A stretch of DNA of 64,000 bases from Eledone cirrhosa (Eukaryota), in assembly GCA_964016885.1 (NCBI GenBank), contig OZ024740.1, positions 365,552,001-365,616,000 of the forward strand, given 5' to 3'. Under the pieces are notes generated by a model, which made no database searches, was not told the origin of the DNA, and worked only from the letters and a program-made list of their open reading frames with translations. Made by a program: the position numbers and the translations under genes. Shown here piece by piece: positions 63,035 through 64,000 of the stretch; within the stretch, counting starts at the first letter, position 1, and every line of letters starts with the position of its first letter.

Positions 63035-63108
63035 GCCTTCATAGCTCAGTGGTTTAGAGCACTGGTTTCGTAAACCAGGAGTCGTGAGTTCGAATCTCAC
63101 TGGAGGCA
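63035..63108 (+). tRNA. tRNA-Thr(CGT)
   Basis: intact cloverleaf. Confidence 0.9.
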
Positions 63109-63518
63109 ATATGCATATTATAACGTTTTTAAATGAGGTGGTGGTTTTGAAATAATGTTCAAAATAGGAATACAAGGAAAATATTCTGTTGTCTTTTATA
63201 TAACAATTGAGAAATACTATGACTCCTGACACTATATAATTTTTTTTTAAATTCTCGTACGTATTTTACTGGTATCTTTTTGTCAAACTGCTAAGTTCCG
63301 GGTTATAAACACTGGTTCAAACACAAATGTAAACACAGACACGAAGGCATTCACACTTATTTATAAATATACGACGGGCGTGTGTAGTTTCCGACAAACA
63401 AATTCCACTCACAAAGCATTGGTCAAGCCAAGGCCATAGGTGCCGTGCTGTTAGATTGAACCAAACCCATGACTTCCTGGTTGCGAAACGAACTCCTGTC
63501 CACACAGCCATGATATGC

Positions 63519-64000
63519 CAAATGAAAGCTGTTCATAATAGAGAGTCCATTGCTAGAACAGAAGTCTAGTTGGGCCTCTCCATTCGTATTTAGATCGGGG
63601 TCGCCGTTCCTTCCAATCACTCCTTTCTATGTCAGGTGATCAGTGCTAACATGTGCATTGAAGTCTCCCATCAGGATATATGTGTCTTAACTACATTTAA
63701 CGCTACAATTACTTCATCAAGGAAATACCTGTATTCGGACACCTTGTTTGGTGCATAAACTAGCACCACCCACAGAGACCTATTTTTCAGCCTATGCTTC
63801 AAGTGGCAAATCATCCTTCTTAATGGTATCCAGTCCATAACACTTTCTGACAGTCGGGGGTTTGTGAGTATCCCTACTCCTGCCTGTGCAGTGATTTCTG
63901 GCACCACACCTGAATAGTGGAGTTTCCATCCTCCATCCAAATCTACAGTATCAGAGCCACAAAAGTTTGTTGAGAAAACCCTTACTATATCTAGCCGGTA
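63519..64000 (-). mobile_element. RTE-clade LINE endonuclease fragment (runs off window)
   Basis: GWKLHYSGV..AQAGVGIL, VYAPN, GDFNAHV, GVIGRNG..DLNTNGE..LDFCSSNGLSIMNS. Confidence 0.8.

Overview
AT-rich animal genomic DNA. The SINE families look like octopus/cephalopod ones (recognised from memory, not searched). No host protein-coding gene is evident. Three zones: (1) 1-28.6 kb is a nest of retroelements sitting in (TA)n/(TAA)n microsatellites. It holds three co-oriented Hydra-like Penelope-like elements (PLEs; RT + GIY-YIG), a Naiad-like PLE plus a second fold-back fragment of it, an APE-RT LINE with a CCCH-finger ORF1, an R4/Dong-type RLE LINE and a Helitron remnant. It also carries about 13 type I hammerhead ribozyme (HHR) motifs from about 8 unrelated sequence families, several as short ORF-less DNA palindromes with a hammerhead in each arm. 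(2) 28.6-46 kb is ordinary intergenic/intronic DNA with SINEs, a CRE fragment, a decayed LTR element, a hAT MITE and a few possible non-coding exons. (3) 46-63.5 kb is a tandem array of 19 tRNA-Thr(CGT) genes/pseudogenes in a ~2.95 kb three-gene higher-order repeat. Its units typically carry a conserved, possibly structured ~140-nt block, a CTCF-like motif and a SINE. An RTE LINE fragment ends the window. All calls are by eye; no database searches were run.
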